A stretch of DNA of 64,000 nt from the human T2T-CHM13v2.0 reference genome, Homo sapiens. A program made the position numbers and the translations under genes. Within the stretch, counting starts at the first letter, position 1. Each line of letters begins with the position of its first letter. The DNA lies in the NCBI RefSeq assembly GCF_009914755.1, contig NC_060948.1; one strand, given 5' to 3'. Of the stretch, positions 61,045 to 64,000 are shown in pieces. The notes under the pieces are model-generated. The model saw nothing but the letters and a program-made list of their open reading frames with translations, searched no databases and had not been told where the DNA came from.

Positions 61045-63144
61045 AGATCCATATTTTTTAAATGAAAAAAAATTTCAAAGGTACTCTGCTTGGTACAATA
61101 ATCAAATGTATAAACTGAGGAATAAAACATAACCATGAAACCTACTTATAACTGCATATGGAAAATACAGAGGATAATTTTTTAAATAACATATTTTGAA
61201 AGCCTTAACTAGTAATTTGAAGAGTTGGCATTTGAAAGGCCAGTATGAATATACCTTCAAAGCAGCAACACAGGTTCCCCATGAGAAAAAGCAAACACAG
61301 GGAAAATAAAAACACAAAGGTTCAATCTCTTCTGACCTTTGAAAGACACAGCACAGACAGTGGTCCTTAGGACGAAGAGCAGGAGACCCCTAATTCCGTC
61401 ACCATGGCGATAGGGCATAAACATTGCTGGGTGAGGGCACAATCCACATTGTGAGGTCCAACTGCTGCCAGGAAGACAGGAGTGCTTTTACATAGAGCGA
61501 AAGGTCATTGAAGGCTCAGAGTTTTGTTTCAAGAACTGAATCCCAAGCCCACACGTTATTAGGCTGCGCTTCTTAAAACAAGTTATGAGATGGGAAAAAG
61601 GGCACCCACAAACATACGTATACATTATGTATATAATAATATACAGTATCATATATATAATATATAAAACCTATGTATAATATTGTTTTACATCCTGCAT
61701 CTTATGTTATATATATTGTATAAAATATAATAATTGATAATATATAAGTTTTATAATTATACAATATGACATATAGTATATATTATAATTTATGACATAT
61801 ATAATATATGTTATATATCATATATAGAATATATTATACGGTTAATATACGTATTAAATATAAATTATACATTATATATATTATATATAATATATCTGTT
61901 ATATATAATATCCATTATGCATAATATATATATTTTGTCTATGTTATATATAGTATAAAACAACATATAATAATATATAATTGTATATATAAAATGCGAC
62001 ATAGAATATATATTATATTTTATAACATATGTAATATATATTATATATAATACGTTGTATGTATAATACCTATATTAAATATATATTATATGACTATGTT
62101 ATTAATTACATGTCACATGTGTTATATATTATATATTTTACATAGAATATACCGGTTACATACAATATATACTATGTTACCTATAATGTATAATTGATTA
62201 CATGTAAAATAAAGAATGCAATATATTATGTAAAATTTATAATATACAATATGTGGAATGTGATATATATAACATATAATATATGATATATGATATACAG
62301 TATATGATATATAACATACAATATATGATTCCTAATATATATGGTATACAATATATATTTTATGATATGTATTCTATATGTTTTATATTCTGTTATATTT
62401 AACTATTTGAAATTATATATAACTGTATAATATTTTATGTAAATATGTAATATAATATATATAACTATATAATATATTATATATAACTATATATTATGTT
62501 ATATATACTTTTATAACATAATTTACATAAAATATCATAATATAATATATATTATATTATTTCATATTACATAATATATATTACATATCACCCAATATAA
62601 CTAACATACATAATATTATAATATAGATTATATTGTGTTATATTAAATATCATATATATCATGTATCATATATTCTATAATATATATTACACATTATATA
62701 ATATGTATGTTGTCTATTATGTGATATATATAACTATATATATAATTATATTTTTATACATATAACTAGATAAACATGTAATTCTACATATTTTCATTTA
62801 TAATATGTAGAATTATATAATCATATATAATTATTTATATTCTATAAAAAATTTTATCATTATATAAATTATAATATATAAAAATTATAATATGTACTAC
62901 AAATATATATATATTATATATCATATATGATATAGTACCTTTGTTGTATATCATAATACATATAAATGTGTATTATGTTATCTATAATTATATAATTTCA
63001 TATATAAGATGTATAATATGTATCATATATTATATATGTTATGTAATATATATAGTATATATAAGATGACACAGGATAAATATTATATACTATGACATAT
63101 AAAATATATGAGGTTATATGTTACATATAAGGCATAGCACATAA

Positions 63145-63459
<315 letters not shown>

Positions 63460-64000
63460 AGATCCATATTTTTTAAATGAAAAAAAATTTCAAAGGTACT
63501 CTGCTTGGTACAATAATCAAATGTATAAACTGAGGAATAAAACATAACCATGAAACCTACTTATAACTGCATATGGAAAATACAGAGGATAATTTTTTAA
63601 ATAACATATTTTGAAAGCCTTAACTAGTAATTTGAAGAGTTGGCATTTGAAAGGCCAGTATGAATATACCTTCAAAGCAGCAACACAGGTTCCCCATGAG
63701 AAAAAGCAAACACAGGGAAAATAAAAACACAAAGGTTCAATCTCTTCTGACCTTTGAAAGACACAGCACAGACAGTGGTCCTTAGGACGAAGAGCAGGAG
63801 ACCCCTAATTCCGTCACCATGGCGATAGGGCATAAACATTGCTGGGTGAGGGCACAATCCACATTGTGAGGTCCAACTGCTGCCAGGAAGACAGGAGTGC
63901 TTTTACATAGACCGAAAGGTCATTGAAGGCTCAGAGTTTTGTTTCAAGAACTGAATCCCAAGCCCACACGTTATTAGGCTGCGCTTCTTAAAACAAGTTA

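Overview
The whole 64-kb window is one uninterrupted head-to-tail tandem array of a ~2.4-kb composite unit (about 26.5 units, 27 Alu copies, all in one orientation). Each unit has a diverged, 5'-truncated antisense Alu (~292 bp), a ~570-bp mixed-composition segment (HSATI-type) and ~1.55 kb of very AT-rich low-complexity DNA. This organisation, the 2413-2420 bp period and a predicted ~2.14-kb HaeIII fragment match human DYZ2/HSat1B satellite, most likely Yq12 heterochromatin. I see no credible genes, RNA genes or CRISPR array, and no new biological system: the repeat family is known. What the sequence does show is the array's internal history: a block of 13 units carrying a 7-bp duplication nested between 2413-bp units, local monomer, dimer and trimer-spaced duplications, and mosaic units. 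Unit n below means the unit starting at the n-th Alu. All variant calls were made by eye and need an alignment to confirm.
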